NCBI GenBank assembly: GCA_038212275.1
Contig: JBBQUR010000005.1
Location: 64,001-128,000, forward strand
Source of the DNA: Planctomycetota bacterium
GTDB taxonomy: Bacteria > Planctomycetota > B15-G4
DNA length: 64,000 bases
Direction of reading: 5' to 3'
Within the stretch, counting starts at the first letter, position 1; each line of letters starts with the position of its first letter. A program made the translations under genes and the position numbers. Shown here one piece after another: positions 45,422-54,850 of this stretch. The notes under the pieces were generated by a model that worked only from the letters and a program-made list of their open reading frames with translations, had not been told where the DNA came from and did not search any database.

Positions 45422-46798
45422 TCAGCGCGCCGGCGACGATCTTCCCAGCGCGGTGTCCACCGTGTGCTTGATCGTGCGCTGCGGGATGCCGGGGACGCCG
45501 CCGCGATGGCCGACGCCGTCCTTCATCACGTCGAGCATGGCGCCGGCGTCCAGCAGCTCGGGCTTGGAGATCACGTCACCACGGCAGAGCAGCAGGTCCG
45601 CGCGCTGGCCCGGCAGCAGCGTGCCGGCGTCGGTCTGGCCGATCTCTTCGGCGGCGAGGCCGGTGCCCGCGTGCCACGCGGCGAGCGCGGAGAGGCCGTC
45701 GTTCATGAGGTGCACCAGCTCCATGTAGTTGCGGCCGTGCATGCCGGGCAGCACGGGGTCCGTGCCGGCGAGGATCTTCAGGCCGGCGCTCGCGGCGTGC
45801 TGCACGGCGCGCGAGTGCGTCTCGTTCGCCCGGTGCACCTTTTCCATCACGAAGGGAGAGAGGCCGGCGGCTTTCGGCAGCTCCGCCATGACCCACGATG
45901 TCGGAGTGACCGTGCACCCGCGCTTGTGCGCTTTCTCCGCGAGCTTCTCGTCCATGAAGGAGATGTGCTGGATGTCGGAGACGCCGTGCTTGATGGCCAG
46001 CGCGATGCCGCTGGCGCTGTGCGCGTGCGCCGCGACGCGCAGGCCGCGCGCTCCCGCTTCGTCGCAGATGGCGGCGATTTCCTTGCCGGTGAAGTCGCGA
46101 TGCTCGAGGGCGTCACCGGGTGAGGCGATGCCCGGGCTGGCGCAGATCTTGATGAGGTCCGCGCCGCAGGCCGCGATCTCGCGCACGCGCTTGCGGGCCT
46201 CCCACGGCCCGTCGACGATGCTGCTCGGGCGGCCCGGCGCTTCGGGCCACAGGCGCGAGAGCTCGCCGTGGCAGCGATCGGGGCCGCGGAAGTCCGCGTG
46301 GCCGCCGGTGGTGGAGAGCATGCAGATCGCGATCTTGAGCCGCGGGCCGAGCATGATGCCTTCGTCGACGAGGCGCTTCATGAGCTGCGTGGCGCCGCCG
46401 ATGTCGCGCATCGTCGTGACGCCGCCGTCCACGAGCGTGGCGTGCAGGATCTTCTCCACGTAGACCAGCGCGCCGCCGCCGAGCATCGTGTCCATCGCAG
46501 CCTTGGCGAGGCCGAGCACCGTGATGTGCCCGTGGCAGTCGATGAGCCCCGGGGTCACCGTGAGGCCTGTGCAGTCCACGAGCCTGTCACCGCCGGCGAG
46601 CTCGGTCGCGCCGGCGATGTCGGTCGCGCCGGCTGTCGCGCCGCGCCGCGCGAGGCCCTTCGCAAGCAGCCTGGCGTCATGTGGCTTGATGGCATGAATG
46701 CGCGCGCCGTCGAGATGCAGATCCACGTGGGCGTGCATGGCGCTCTTCGTCGCGGAGGTGCCGTCGTAGAGGCGTTCGATGTTCGCAAGGATCAGCAT
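45422..46798 (-). CDS. Metal-dependent amidohydrolase (Xaa-Pro dipeptidase-like subfamily)
   Basis: PGLIDCHGH, GVTTMRDIGG, IKIC, AAHAH, AGTD, G.LLPGQRADL. Confidence 0.9.
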   Translation of the reverse strand: MLILANIERLYDGTSATKSAMHAHVDLHLDGARIHAIKPHDARLLAKGLARRGATAGATDIAGATELAGGDRLVDCTGLTVTPGLIDCHGHITVLGLAKAAMDTMLGGGALVYVEKILHATLVDGGVTTMRDIGGATQLMKRLVDEGIMLGPRLKIAICMLSTTGGHADFRGPDRCHGELSRLWPEAPGRPSSIVDGPWEARKRVREIAACGADLIKICASPGIASPGDALEHRDFTGKEIAAICDEAGARGLRVAAHAHSASGIALAIKHGVSDIQHISFMDEKLAEKAHKRGCTVTPTSWVMAELPKAAGLSPFVMEKVHRANETHSRAVQHAASAGLKILAGTDPVLPGMHGRNYMELVHLMNDGLSALAAWHAGTGLAAEEIGQTDAGTLLPGQRADLLLCRGDVISKPELLDAGAMLDVMKDGVGHRGGVPGIPQRTIKHTVDTALGRSSPAR

Positions 46799-46806
46799 CG
46801 GGACTC

Positions 46807-47136
46807 TCAGCCGGGGAACTTCGGATGCGGGGCCATGAAGACGAGCAGCGTGGCGGGTGCCTGCGAGTCGTTGTGCGCGGCGTGGTCCACGCCGGCGGGC
46901 GCGATCGCGACCTCGCCGGGCCCCAGCGTGCGGCTTTCGGCGCCGATCTCGATGCGGCAGCGGCCGGTGAGCACGCTGTAGACCTTGTCGCTGCCGGCAT
47001 GGGCATGGCTGGCCTGGGACTGGCCCGGGAGCAGCCCGTACACGTCGCAGAACATGCGTGGCGACTCGAAGAGGTTGACCTTGGACAGCTTGTCCGGCCG
47101 GAAGGTCGCGGCCTGGGCGGTGTCGTGAAACGTCAT
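46807..47136 (-). CDS. Cupin domain protein
   Basis: PGQSQASHAH...KVYSVLTG...LGPGEVAIAPAGVDH; GGAG RBS; 8 nt upstream of the amidohydrolase start. Confidence 0.88.
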   Translation of the reverse strand: MTFHDTAQAATFRPDKLSKVNLFESPRMFCDVYGLLPGQSQASHAHAGSDKVYSVLTGRCRIEIGAESRTLGPGEVAIAPAGVDHAAHNDSQAPATLLVFMAPHPKFPG

Positions 47137-47419
47137 GGCGGACTCCGGCGCGGCGCGCTCCCCGCGCTCCCCGCGCGCTCCGGGCGCTCCGGGCGCGCGA
47201 TCTGCGGCTCGCGCCGAGGATAGCCGAGAGCCACGCCGGGCGCGAAGTCAGCCCGGACGCTGCGCAGGGACTCGGGGGCGGGCACCGGTGTTGTCGAGTG
47301 GCCGACCGGCGCGCTCGTGTGATGTTGAGGCAGTGCCTCTACATCACACGAGTCGGCCAGCCGGCTCCGCAGGCGAGAGTCCGCGTCGTGGTGCCGCCGT
47401 CCCGCGCCGAGGCTTCCGT

Positions 47420-47480
47420 GCCGTGGCCTCGTGCCGTGGCCTCGCGCCGTGGCCTCGCGCCGTGGCCTCGTGCCGTGGCC
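47420..47480. repeat. Intergenic 13-bp tandem repeat x4.7
   Basis: GCCGTGGCCTCG(T/C) units immediately upstream of the putative cyaY promoter. Confidence 0.88.
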
Positions 47481-47506
47481 GCCGTGCTGTGGCTATCATG
47501 CGCGGC

Positions 47507-47824
47507 ATGGGCAGCGCCGACATGAGCCGTGAGATCGAGAAGACCCTGGATGCCGTTCAGCGGAGCGTGGACGGCCTCGGCCTCGACGACCTCGAGATCG
47601 ACAGCGGCCCGGGCCGGCTGGACATCACCTGCCTCGACGGCAAGCGCGTCATCCTGAGCCGACAATCGGCCACGAACCAGATCTGGCTGGCCGAGCCCGG
47701 CGGCGGCTGGCACTTCGATGCGCGCGACGGCCGCTGGATCTGCGACAAGCGCGGCGTGGAACTGCTGGCGACGCTGGAGTCGCTCCTCACCGCGCACTGC
47801 GGGCAGCCGATCAGCCTCCGCTGA
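47507..47824 (+). CDS. cyaY: Iron donor protein CyaY (frataxin)
   Basis: VILSRQSATNQIWLAEPGGGWHF frataxin signature. Start is 47498, 47507 or 47522. Confidence 0.85.
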   Translation: MGSADMSREIEKTLDAVQRSVDGLGLDDLEIDSGPGRLDITCLDGKRVILSRQSATNQIWLAEPGGGWHFDARDGRWICDKRGVELLATLESLLTAHCGQPISLR

Positions 47825-47861
47825 GCCCCGCGGGTTCGCGCCTCGGGCGGCCTCTGCGGGC

Positions 47862-48506
47862 TCAGCGCATCGGCAGCTCGGCGCAGACTTTGGCGATCAT
47901 CTCCTTGGCGTTCGCCACCTGCGACTCCGACATCGCGCGGCCCGCGACGCCGCCCACGACGGCGCCCGCGATGGCGCCGACGCTGGCGTTGTCGCCCATG
48001 TTGTGGCCGAGCACGGCGCCGGCCGCGGTGCCGAGGATCGCGCCGGTGATCATGGAGGTGTTGCTGTTCACGTTGCCTTCGCCGTTGCCGATCCAGATGA
48101 GCTCGCCGGTCTCGACGTCGAACATCTTGGCCGTGAGCGCAAGGTCATCGCCGACGGTCTGCACGTTGACCACGGTCAGCGCCTGCACGTTGAGGATGTG
48201 CCCGAGCTTCTCGCGGTCTTCCTGGCTGGTGAAGTTCTGGTTCTGGAAGTCCAGCTCGTCGATGGCCTTCTGGATGTTGCCGCGCTCGATCACGTTCCAG
48301 CCCTTCTTGAAGAACTCGTACTGGAAGGTGTCCACGAGCGCCTGCCGGATCTCGGGCTTGAAGGTCGGGTTGTTGCCGTCGACCACGGCCATGCGCTGCA
48401 CGCGGCTGATGTCGTAGGTCTTGCTGAACGTGCTCTCGGCGGTGGTGGAGGAGCAGCCGGTCAGCGCGAGGGCTGCGGCCAGCACGACGAGGAGGGCGGA
48501 CTTCAT
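47862..48506 (-). CDS. Lipoprotein, CsgG/TolB-N-like fold with a glycine zipper
   Basis: Lipobox LTGC; VIERGNIQKAIDE, KMFDVETGELIW; GAILGTAAGAVLG...GAIAGAVVGGVAG. Confidence 0.78.
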   Translation of the reverse strand: MKSALLVVLAAALALTGCSSTTAESTFSKTYDISRVQRMAVVDGNNPTFKPEIRQALVDTFQYEFFKKGWNVIERGNIQKAIDELDFQNQNFTSQEDREKLGHILNVQALTVVNVQTVGDDLALTAKMFDVETGELIWIGNGEGNVNSNTSMITGAILGTAAGAVLGHNMGDNASVGAIAGAVVGGVAGRAMSESQVANAKEMIAKVCAELPMR

Positions 48507-48759
48507 GGCGGGTGACTCCGGCTTGGCTTGGCGCGATCGCTGCGGACGCGTGGTGAGCGACGTGCACAGATGGTGCGTGAATCACGCCGAGGGAGCAAGC
48601 TGCTGCCCTCGCCCGACGGAGCGTTCCGGCCAGCCGACATGACCGTGCCATGGCTGCTCCGGGCCGGCTCTGGCACCATGTCCGCGACTCTGGCGCGGCC
48701 GCCGCGGGCACCATCCGACAGTCGGAGTCTCCACCTTTCCGCTCTCTCCGGAGGTGTGC

Positions 48760-50721
48760 ATGCGCTCACCCGTCGCTGCGTCGATCCTCAGCCGTTCGCT
48801 GCTTGCCCTCTCGCTGTCGTGGGCGTCGCTCGCCTGCACGAATCCGGCGGCCGCCAAGCTGGCCAAGCCCGTAAGTGCGCCGCCCGCAGCCCCGGCGCAG
48901 GCCGCCGCGCCCGCCAAGTCCGCCGCGCCTGCTGCGCCTGCTGCGGCCGCCGCGACGGATGCGACGGATGCGACGGCGGCCAGCGGGCCGCGCGTCGTCG
49001 AGCTGACCATTGGCGACAACAACTCCGAAGATCCTGCGGCGGTCAATCCGCTTGGGCCGGCGCAGCGCAACTTCCGCGGCAAGCTTCTGCTGCTGCGGCA
49101 GATCGCGGCCGATCCGACCGTGGCCGCCGTGCGCCTCGAGCTGAAGGGCTCGCCGGACTATGCGCATTCGCTCGACCTGCTCGACGAGCTGCGCGCCGTG
49201 AAGGCCTCCGGCAAGAAGATCCTCTGCTACGCCGAGACGCTGAGCCAGCGCGACCTCGTCTTCGCGACGCTCGCCGACACGCTCATGGTGCCGCCCGCCG
49301 GCTCCATCGCGCTGGAAGGCATGGCCGCCGAGGTCATGTACATGAAGGACGTGCTCGACAAGCTGCACCTCCGTGTGGAGGTGCTGCACGTCGGCAACTA
49401 CAAGAGCGCCTACGAAGACCTCGCGCGCAACACGATGAGCGACGAGCAGCGCGAGGTGATCGGCGTGCTGCTCGACGAGTTCTGGAACCAGGTGCTCGAC
49501 AGCATCGCGGAGAACCGCAGCATGCCGCGCGCGCGGCTCGAGCCGCTGCTCGAGGCGGTCATCGTGGAGCCCGACCAGGCGCTGGCCGCCGGGCTGATCG
49601 ACGCGATCGGCTACGAGACGGATTTCGACGCGCTGGTGGAGAGCAAGCTCGGCGGCAAGGCCGTCCTGGTCGAGCACTACGGCGACGAGCAGGGCGAGGA
49701 TCTCGAGAAGATGCTCTCCAGCCCCTTCGCGGCCTTCTCGCTGCTGCCCGCGCTGCTCAACCCGCCGAAGGTCGAGGCGCCCAAGGTGCCGCACATCGCC
49801 ATCGTCTACGCCACAGGCCCGATCAGCAGCGGCAAGAGCACGGCCGACTTCCAGGGCCGCGTCTCCGGCATGGGCAGCGACACGATCGTCGAGGCGCTGG
49901 AGACGGCCGAGGCCGACGACAACTGCAAGGCCGTGGTGCTGCGCGTGAACAGCCCCGGCGGCAGCGCGCTGGCCAGCGACCAGATCTGGGGCGCGATCCA
50001 GCGCGTCAAGGCGAAGAAGCCGGTCGTCGCCTCGATGGGCTACGTCGCGGCGTCCGGCGGCTACTGGATCTCCATGGGCTGCACCGCCATCGTTGCGCAG
50101 CCGAGCACGATCACCGGCTCGATGGGCGTGGTGTCCATGCTCCCGGACCCGTCGCTGCTGCTGAAGGAGGTCGGCGTCAACGTCGAGGTCGTGGCGCGCG
50201 GTCCGCACGGCGACCAGCTCTCGCTCCTGCGCAACGGCCCGACGCCGCTGCTCAAGGACGTCATCATGCGCTCGATGCAGCACGTGTACGCCGACTTCAT
50301 CCGCAAGGCGTCCGAGGGACGGCACCTGCCGCCCGCACGCATCGAGGAACTGGCGCAGGGCCGCGTGTGGACGGGTCGCCAGGCGGAGGAGCTGGGCCTG
50401 GTGGATTCGCTCGGAGGCCTGCAGGAGTCCATCGCCCTGGCGTGCACGCTCGGAGGAGGCCTGAGCCCGGCGAACACGCCGGTCGCGGAGTATCCGCAGG
50501 CGCCCAACTTCCTGGACCAGATCAAGGAGTCCTTCGAGTCGATGGCCACGGTCCGCGGCGGCGCGGCGGCCGGCCTGCGTGCGAGTGTCGCGGAGGCCCT
50601 CGCGGCGGTGCCGGCGCTCGGCTCGCTGGTGGCGGTGACCGACGCGCTGCTCGATGCGAGCCAGCCGTTCTCGCCCGACCGCGTCCAGTGCCTGCTCCCG
50701 TTCACGGTCACGATCCGCTGA
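48760..50721 (+). CDS. sppA: Signal peptide peptidase SppA (long form, S49)
   Basis: GNYKSA (catalytic Lys), RVNSPGGS, AASGGYW (catalytic Ser), TITGSMG, QGRVWTG; lipobox-like SLAC. Confidence 0.93.
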   Translation: MRSPVAASILSRSLLALSLSWASLACTNPAAAKLAKPVSAPPAAPAQAAAPAKSAAPAAPAAAAATDATDATAASGPRVVELTIGDNNSEDPAAVNPLGPAQRNFRGKLLLLRQIAADPTVAAVRLELKGSPDYAHSLDLLDELRAVKASGKKILCYAETLSQRDLVFATLADTLMVPPAGSIALEGMAAEVMYMKDVLDKLHLRVEVLHVGNYKSAYEDLARNTMSDEQREVIGVLLDEFWNQVLDSIAENRSMPRARLEPLLEAVIVEPDQALAAGLIDAIGYETDFDALVESKLGGKAVLVEHYGDEQGEDLEKMLSSPFAAFSLLPALLNPPKVEAPKVPHIAIVYATGPISSGKSTADFQGRVSGMGSDTIVEALETAEADDNCKAVVLRVNSPGGSALASDQIWGAIQRVKAKKPVVASMGYVAASGGYWISMGCTAIVAQPSTITGSMGVVSMLPDPSLLLKEVGVNVEVVARGPHGDQLSLLRNGPTPLLKDVIMRSMQHVYADFIRKASEGRHLPPARIEELAQGRVWTGRQAEELGLVDSLGGLQESIALACTLGGGLSPANTPVAEYPQAPNFLDQIKESFESMATVRGGAAAGLRASVAEALAAVPALGSLVAVTDALLDASQPFSPDRVQCLLPFTVTIR

Positions 50722-50738
50722 GCGGGCGCCGGTTTCGC

Positions 50739-50835
50739 CGCTGACCGCACGCTGACCGCACGCTGACCGGGCGCTGACCGGGCGCTGACGGAGCGCTGAC
50801 GGAGCGCTGGCCGGGCGCTGGCCGGGCGCTGAACG
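50739..50835. repeat. Intergenic 11-bp tandem repeat with AABBCCDD pattern
   Basis: CGCTGACCGCA x2, CGCTGACCGGG x2, CGCTGACGGAG x2, CGCTGGCCGGG x2, then a partial copy. Confidence 0.9.
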
Positions 50836-50895
50836 TCGGTCGCTCCTGCCGGCTCGGCGCTTCGCCCCGGCGGCGGCGGGTGCTTCAATCGGTGC

Positions 50896-51675
50896 GTGGA
50901 GCCGTCCGAGTACCAGCGCATCTTCGAGCACGAAGACAGCCACTTCTGGTATCGAGGCCTGCATGCGCTCGTGCTCGGAACGCTGCGGCACGAGGGACGC
51001 TTGACCGGCGCCGGAGCCGGAGCCGGAGCCGGAGCACCGGGGAACACCGCCGCGCGACTGCAGATCCTGGATGCCGGCTGCGGCACCGGCGGCCTCACGG
51101 CGCGGCTGGGAACGCTCGGCCGCGTGACCGGCATGGACTTCAGTCCTGCGGCCCTGTCGTTTGCCGAGCGGCGGGGCCTGCCGCGGCTGCTGCGCGGAAG
51201 CGTGTCGGCGCTGCCGTTCCTCGAGGCGAGCTTCGACGCCGTTGTCAGCTGCGACGTGCTGTACCACCGCGCGGTGCCTGATGATGCCGTCGCGCTGGCG
51301 GAACTGGCGCGCGTCTGCCGGCCCGGCGGGGTGGTGCTGCTCAACCTGCCGGCGCACGCCTGGATGGCCGGCAGCCACGATCGCCAGGTGCACACGGCGC
51401 GCCGCTACACGCGAGCCGATTTGCGGAGGCTCGCCGGGCGCGCCGGCCTGCAGGTGCGGCGCCTCGCCTGGTTCAACTGCGCGCTGTTTCCGGCGGCGGC
51501 GGTCGTGCGGCTGGCGTCCCGGGGCGGGCACGGGAAGCAATCCGACGTGCGCCCCTTGCCGGCGTTGCTCAACGAAGCGCTGTCGGCGTGGATGCGCTGC
51601 GAGGCGCGTCTCGCCGGCCGGGGCCTGCTGCCGTGGGGCTTGTCGGTCTTCGCCGTGCTTCGCAAGCCGGCGTGA
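50896..51675 (+). CDS. Class I SAM-dependent methyltransferase
   Basis: EDSHFWYRG, ILDAGCGTG, LPFLEASFD, RPGG, HD....TARRYT. Confidence 0.9.
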   Translation: MEPSEYQRIFEHEDSHFWYRGLHALVLGTLRHEGRLTGAGAGAGAGAPGNTAARLQILDAGCGTGGLTARLGTLGRVTGMDFSPAALSFAERRGLPRLLRGSVSALPFLEASFDAVVSCDVLYHRAVPDDAVALAELARVCRPGGVVLLNLPAHAWMAGSHDRQVHTARRYTRADLRRLAGRAGLQVRRLAWFNCALFPAAAVVRLASRGGHGKQSDVRPLPALLNEALSAWMRCEARLAGRGLLPWGLSVFAVLRKPA

Positions 51676-51756
51676 CGGGACACGACGACCGCCTTTGAAG
51701 CGATGCCATCGCGCCGCTAGACTCGACTTCGCCCCCCTCTGGAACAGTGTCGAAAC

Positions 51757-52533
51757 ATGCCGGACCTGCGCCATGCACCGGGAATTTCGGCATTCTTCCC
51801 GGCCTACGGAGACTGGGGCACCATCGCCAGCCTCGTGGTGCTGGTGTCCTCGGTGCTCGCGGAGCTGACCGACGACTGGGAAGTCATCGTGGTCAACGAC
51901 TGCAGTCCCGATCACGTGGGACTCATCCTGTCGGAGTTGCAGCAGCGCTACCCGCGACTGCGCGTCGTGACGCACGAGAAGAACCGCGGCTACGGCGGCG
52001 CGCTGCGCAGCGGCTTTCAGGCGGCGACCAAGGAGTGGGTCTTCTACACCGACGGCGACGCGCAGTACGACGTGCGCGAGCTGAAAGCCCTCTGGGCCGC
52101 CCGCCAGGGCGCGGACATGGTGAACGGCTACAAGATCGAGCGGCACGACCCGCTGCACCGGATCGTCATCGGCCGTCTCTACCATCGCTTCGTGAAGCTG
52201 TGCTTCGGGCTGAAGATCCGCGACGTGGACTGCGACTTCCGCCTGCTGCGCCGCGCGATCTTCGACAAGGTGGAGCTCACGCGCGACAGCGGCCTCATCT
52301 GCGTGGAGCTGGTGACCAAGGTCGAGAAGAACGGCTTCACTGTCGTGCCGGTGCCCGTGCACCATTACCATCGCATCCATGGCCGATCGCAGTTCTTCAA
52401 CGTCCCGCGTCTCTACCAGGTGGCGCGCGGCATGGGCGTGCTGTGGTGGGATCTCATCGTGAAGAAGCGCGTGACGCGTGCCGACGATCACAGCGGGACG
52501 GCAGCCGGGAAGCCGGGAGCCTCCGCACCGTGA
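51757..52533 (+). CDS. GT2 glycosyltransferase (DPM1/ArnC-like polyprenol-phosphate type)
   Basis: FFPAY, VNDCSPD, NRGYGGALRSG, TDGDAQY, DVDCDFRL. Confidence 0.9.
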   Translation: MPDLRHAPGISAFFPAYGDWGTIASLVVLVSSVLAELTDDWEVIVVNDCSPDHVGLILSELQQRYPRLRVVTHEKNRGYGGALRSGFQAATKEWVFYTDGDAQYDVRELKALWAARQGADMVNGYKIERHDPLHRIVIGRLYHRFVKLCFGLKIRDVDCDFRLLRRAIFDKVELTRDSGLICVELVTKVEKNGFTVVPVPVHHYHRIHGRSQFFNVPRLYQVARGMGVLWWDLIVKKRVTRADDHSGTAAGKPGASAP

Positions 52534-53663
52534 CAGCGCCCGCATCTCCCGCGCCGCCCGAGCCGCCCGCGCTTGCCGCCGTGTTCGGCGGCCGCACGGT
52601 GCTGGTCACCGGCGGGCTCGGCTTCATCGGGAGCAACCTCGCGCGGCGCCTCGTCGCCCTCGGCGCGCGCGTCACGCTCATGGACAGCATGATTCCCGCC
52701 TACGGCGGCAACCTGTTCAACGTGCACGACATCGCGGACCGCGTCCGCATCAACATCGCCGACGTGCGCGACCGTTCGTCCATGGACCATCTCATCCAGG
52801 GCCAGGACTTCCTGTTCAACCTCGCGGGACAGGTGAGCCACATCGATTCGATGCTCGATCCCTTCACGGACCTCGACATCAATTGCCGCAGCCAGCTCTC
52901 CATCCTCGAGTCGTGCCGGCTCAACAACCGCGACGTGAAGATCGTCTTCGCCGCCTCGCGCCAGGAATACGGCCGTCCCGAGTACCTGCCGGTGGACGAA
53001 CATCATCCCGTGCAGCCGGTGGACGTGAACGGCATCAACAAGGTGGCGGGCGAGTGGTATCACCTCGTCTACAACAACGTGCACGGCATCGCGGCCACGT
53101 CGCTCCGGCTCACCAACACCTACGGGCCGGGCCAGCTGCTGCGACACAATCGCCAGGGCTTCATCGGCTGGTTCATCCGCACCGTGGTGGAGGGCGGCGA
53201 GATCCAGCTCTACGGCGACGGCAGCCAGCTCCGCGACCTCAATCACGTGGACGACGTGGTGGAGGCCTTCCTGCTCGCGGCCGCAGCGCTCGAGCGCCGC
53301 GAGTCGGGCGCGACGACGGGCGCGACGACGGGCGCGACGACGGGCGCTGACGCGCCCGGCGGCTCGGCGGGCTCTGCGGCTGCGGGCGGTGCGTCGCCGG
53401 CGGGGCACTTCTTCAACCTCGCGGCCGAACCGCCGGTCAGTCTGTTCGAGTTGTCGGAACTGCTCATCGAGCTGGCCGGCAAGGGCAGCCTGCGCCGCGT
53501 GCCGTGGCCGCCGGCCAAGAAGGCCATCGACATCGGCAACTACTACGGCAGCCACGCGCGCATCACTGCCGAGCTGGGCTGGGTGCCGCGCGTGTCGTTG
53601 CGCGACGGCCTGCAGCGCACCATCCGTTACTACGAACAGCACCTGCGGCACTACATCGGATGA
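52530..53663 (+). CDS. NAD-dependent epimerase/dehydratase (extended SDR)
   Basis: TGGLGFIGS, FNLAGQVSH, RLTNTYGPG, YGDGSQLRD; GTGA-coupled to the GT2 gene. Confidence 0.9.
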   Translation: MTAPASPAPPEPPALAAVFGGRTVLVTGGLGFIGSNLARRLVALGARVTLMDSMIPAYGGNLFNVHDIADRVRINIADVRDRSSMDHLIQGQDFLFNLAGQVSHIDSMLDPFTDLDINCRSQLSILESCRLNNRDVKIVFAASRQEYGRPEYLPVDEHHPVQPVDVNGINKVAGEWYHLVYNNVHGIAATSLRLTNTYGPGQLLRHNRQGFIGWFIRTVVEGGEIQLYGDGSQLRDLNHVDDVVEAFLLAAAALERRESGATTGATTGATTGADAPGGSAGSAAAGGASPAGHFFNLAAEPPVSLFELSELLIELAGKGSLRRVPWPPAKKAIDIGNYYGSHARITAELGWVPRVSLRDGLQRTIRYYEQHLRHYIG

Positions 53664-54835
53664 GCCGGCCCTTCCACGATCTGCTGGCCGGATACCGAGC
53701 GCAGGAACAGGAGCTGCTCGCCGCCGTGAAGCGCGTGCTCGAGAGCGGGCACTACATTCTCGGCCAGGAGGGCGTGGCCTTCGAGGCGGAGTTCGCGCGC
53801 TACCTCGGCGTCGAGCACGTCATCGGCGTGGCCAATGCCACCGAGGCGCTGCAGCTCGCGCTGCTGGCGCTGGACGTGAAGCCCGGCGACGAGGTCGTCA
53901 TCCCGGCACTCACCGCCGCGCCCACCGCGATGGCCGTGCTGGCCGTCGGCGCGGTGCCGGTGCTCGCGGACATCGACCCGGCCACGTTCACGATGGACCC
54001 CGCCTCGCTGGCCGCGTGCCTCTCCGGCCGCACGCGCGTGGTCGTTCCGGTGCACCTCTACGGCCAGTGCGCCGACATGGATGCGCTCGTCGGCGTCCTG
54101 GAAGAGTCGGCGGCCGCCGGCGTCGCGTACCGGGCGCCCGCGGAGCGCTCGCCGGTCGGCTGGCGGTCGAGCGCGACGCCCGCTGTCGCGCGTGTGCCCA
54201 TTCTCGAGGATGCCGCGCAGGCCCACGGATCGATGGACCGCGGCCGCATGGCCGGCAGCATGGGTGCGGTGGGGGCGTTCAGCTTCTACCCGACCAAGAA
54301 TCTCGGCACTTTCGGCGACGGCGGCGCGCTCTCCACGCGCGATGCGGCACTGGCCGCGCGGCTGCGGCGCCTGCGCAGCTACGGCCAGGTGGAGGCCTAC
54401 GACTTCGCGGAGCCGGGCCTCAACGCGCGACTCGATGAGCTGCATGCGGCCATTCTGCGCGTGCGGCTCGGCGTGCTCGATCGCGGCAACGAGCTGCGTC
54501 GCCGGCACGCGCAGCGCTACCACGACGAGGTGCGCAGCACGAGCCTCATGCTGCCCGTCGAGCGCACGTCGGGCCACCACGTGTGGCACCAGTTCGTGGT
54601 GCGCTGCGAGCAGCGTGACGCGCTGCGCAACCACCTCGCCTCGCGCGGCATCGAGACGCTCATCCACTACTCCCGCGCCCTGCACCGCATGACCGCCCTG
54701 TCCGGCCGCGCGCGCTGGCCCGCCGTCCCGGAACACGCCGAGCGCGCCGCGGCGCAGATCCTCTCGCTGCCGATCTACCCGGAACTTCCCGCCGCGCACC
54801 AGGCCGAGGTCATCAAGGCGCTCAACGAGTTCTGA
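53660..54835 (+). CDS. DegT/DnrJ/EryC1/StrS sugar aminotransferase
   Basis: PVHLYGQ, EDAAQAHG, SFYPTKNLG (PLP Lys), NARLDEL, LSLPIYP. Confidence 0.94.
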   Translation: MSRPFHDLLAGYRAQEQELLAAVKRVLESGHYILGQEGVAFEAEFARYLGVEHVIGVANATEALQLALLALDVKPGDEVVIPALTAAPTAMAVLAVGAVPVLADIDPATFTMDPASLAACLSGRTRVVVPVHLYGQCADMDALVGVLEESAAAGVAYRAPAERSPVGWRSSATPAVARVPILEDAAQAHGSMDRGRMAGSMGAVGAFSFYPTKNLGTFGDGGALSTRDAALAARLRRLRSYGQVEAYDFAEPGLNARLDELHAAILRVRLGVLDRGNELRRRHAQRYHDEVRSTSLMLPVERTSGHHVWHQFVVRCEQRDALRNHLASRGIETLIHYSRALHRMTALSGRARWPAVPEHAERAAAQILSLPIYPELPAAHQAEVIKALNEF

Positions 54836-54850
54836 GACCGCGCCGCGCGC

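Noticed and set aside
48766..52545. 1259-aa minus-strand ORF, and similar long antisense ORFs (20706-23960, 3271-6078, 16354-18507)
   Set aside because: They are shadows of GC3-rich sense genes with clear motifs; they are Arg/Ala/His-rich and show no family signature.
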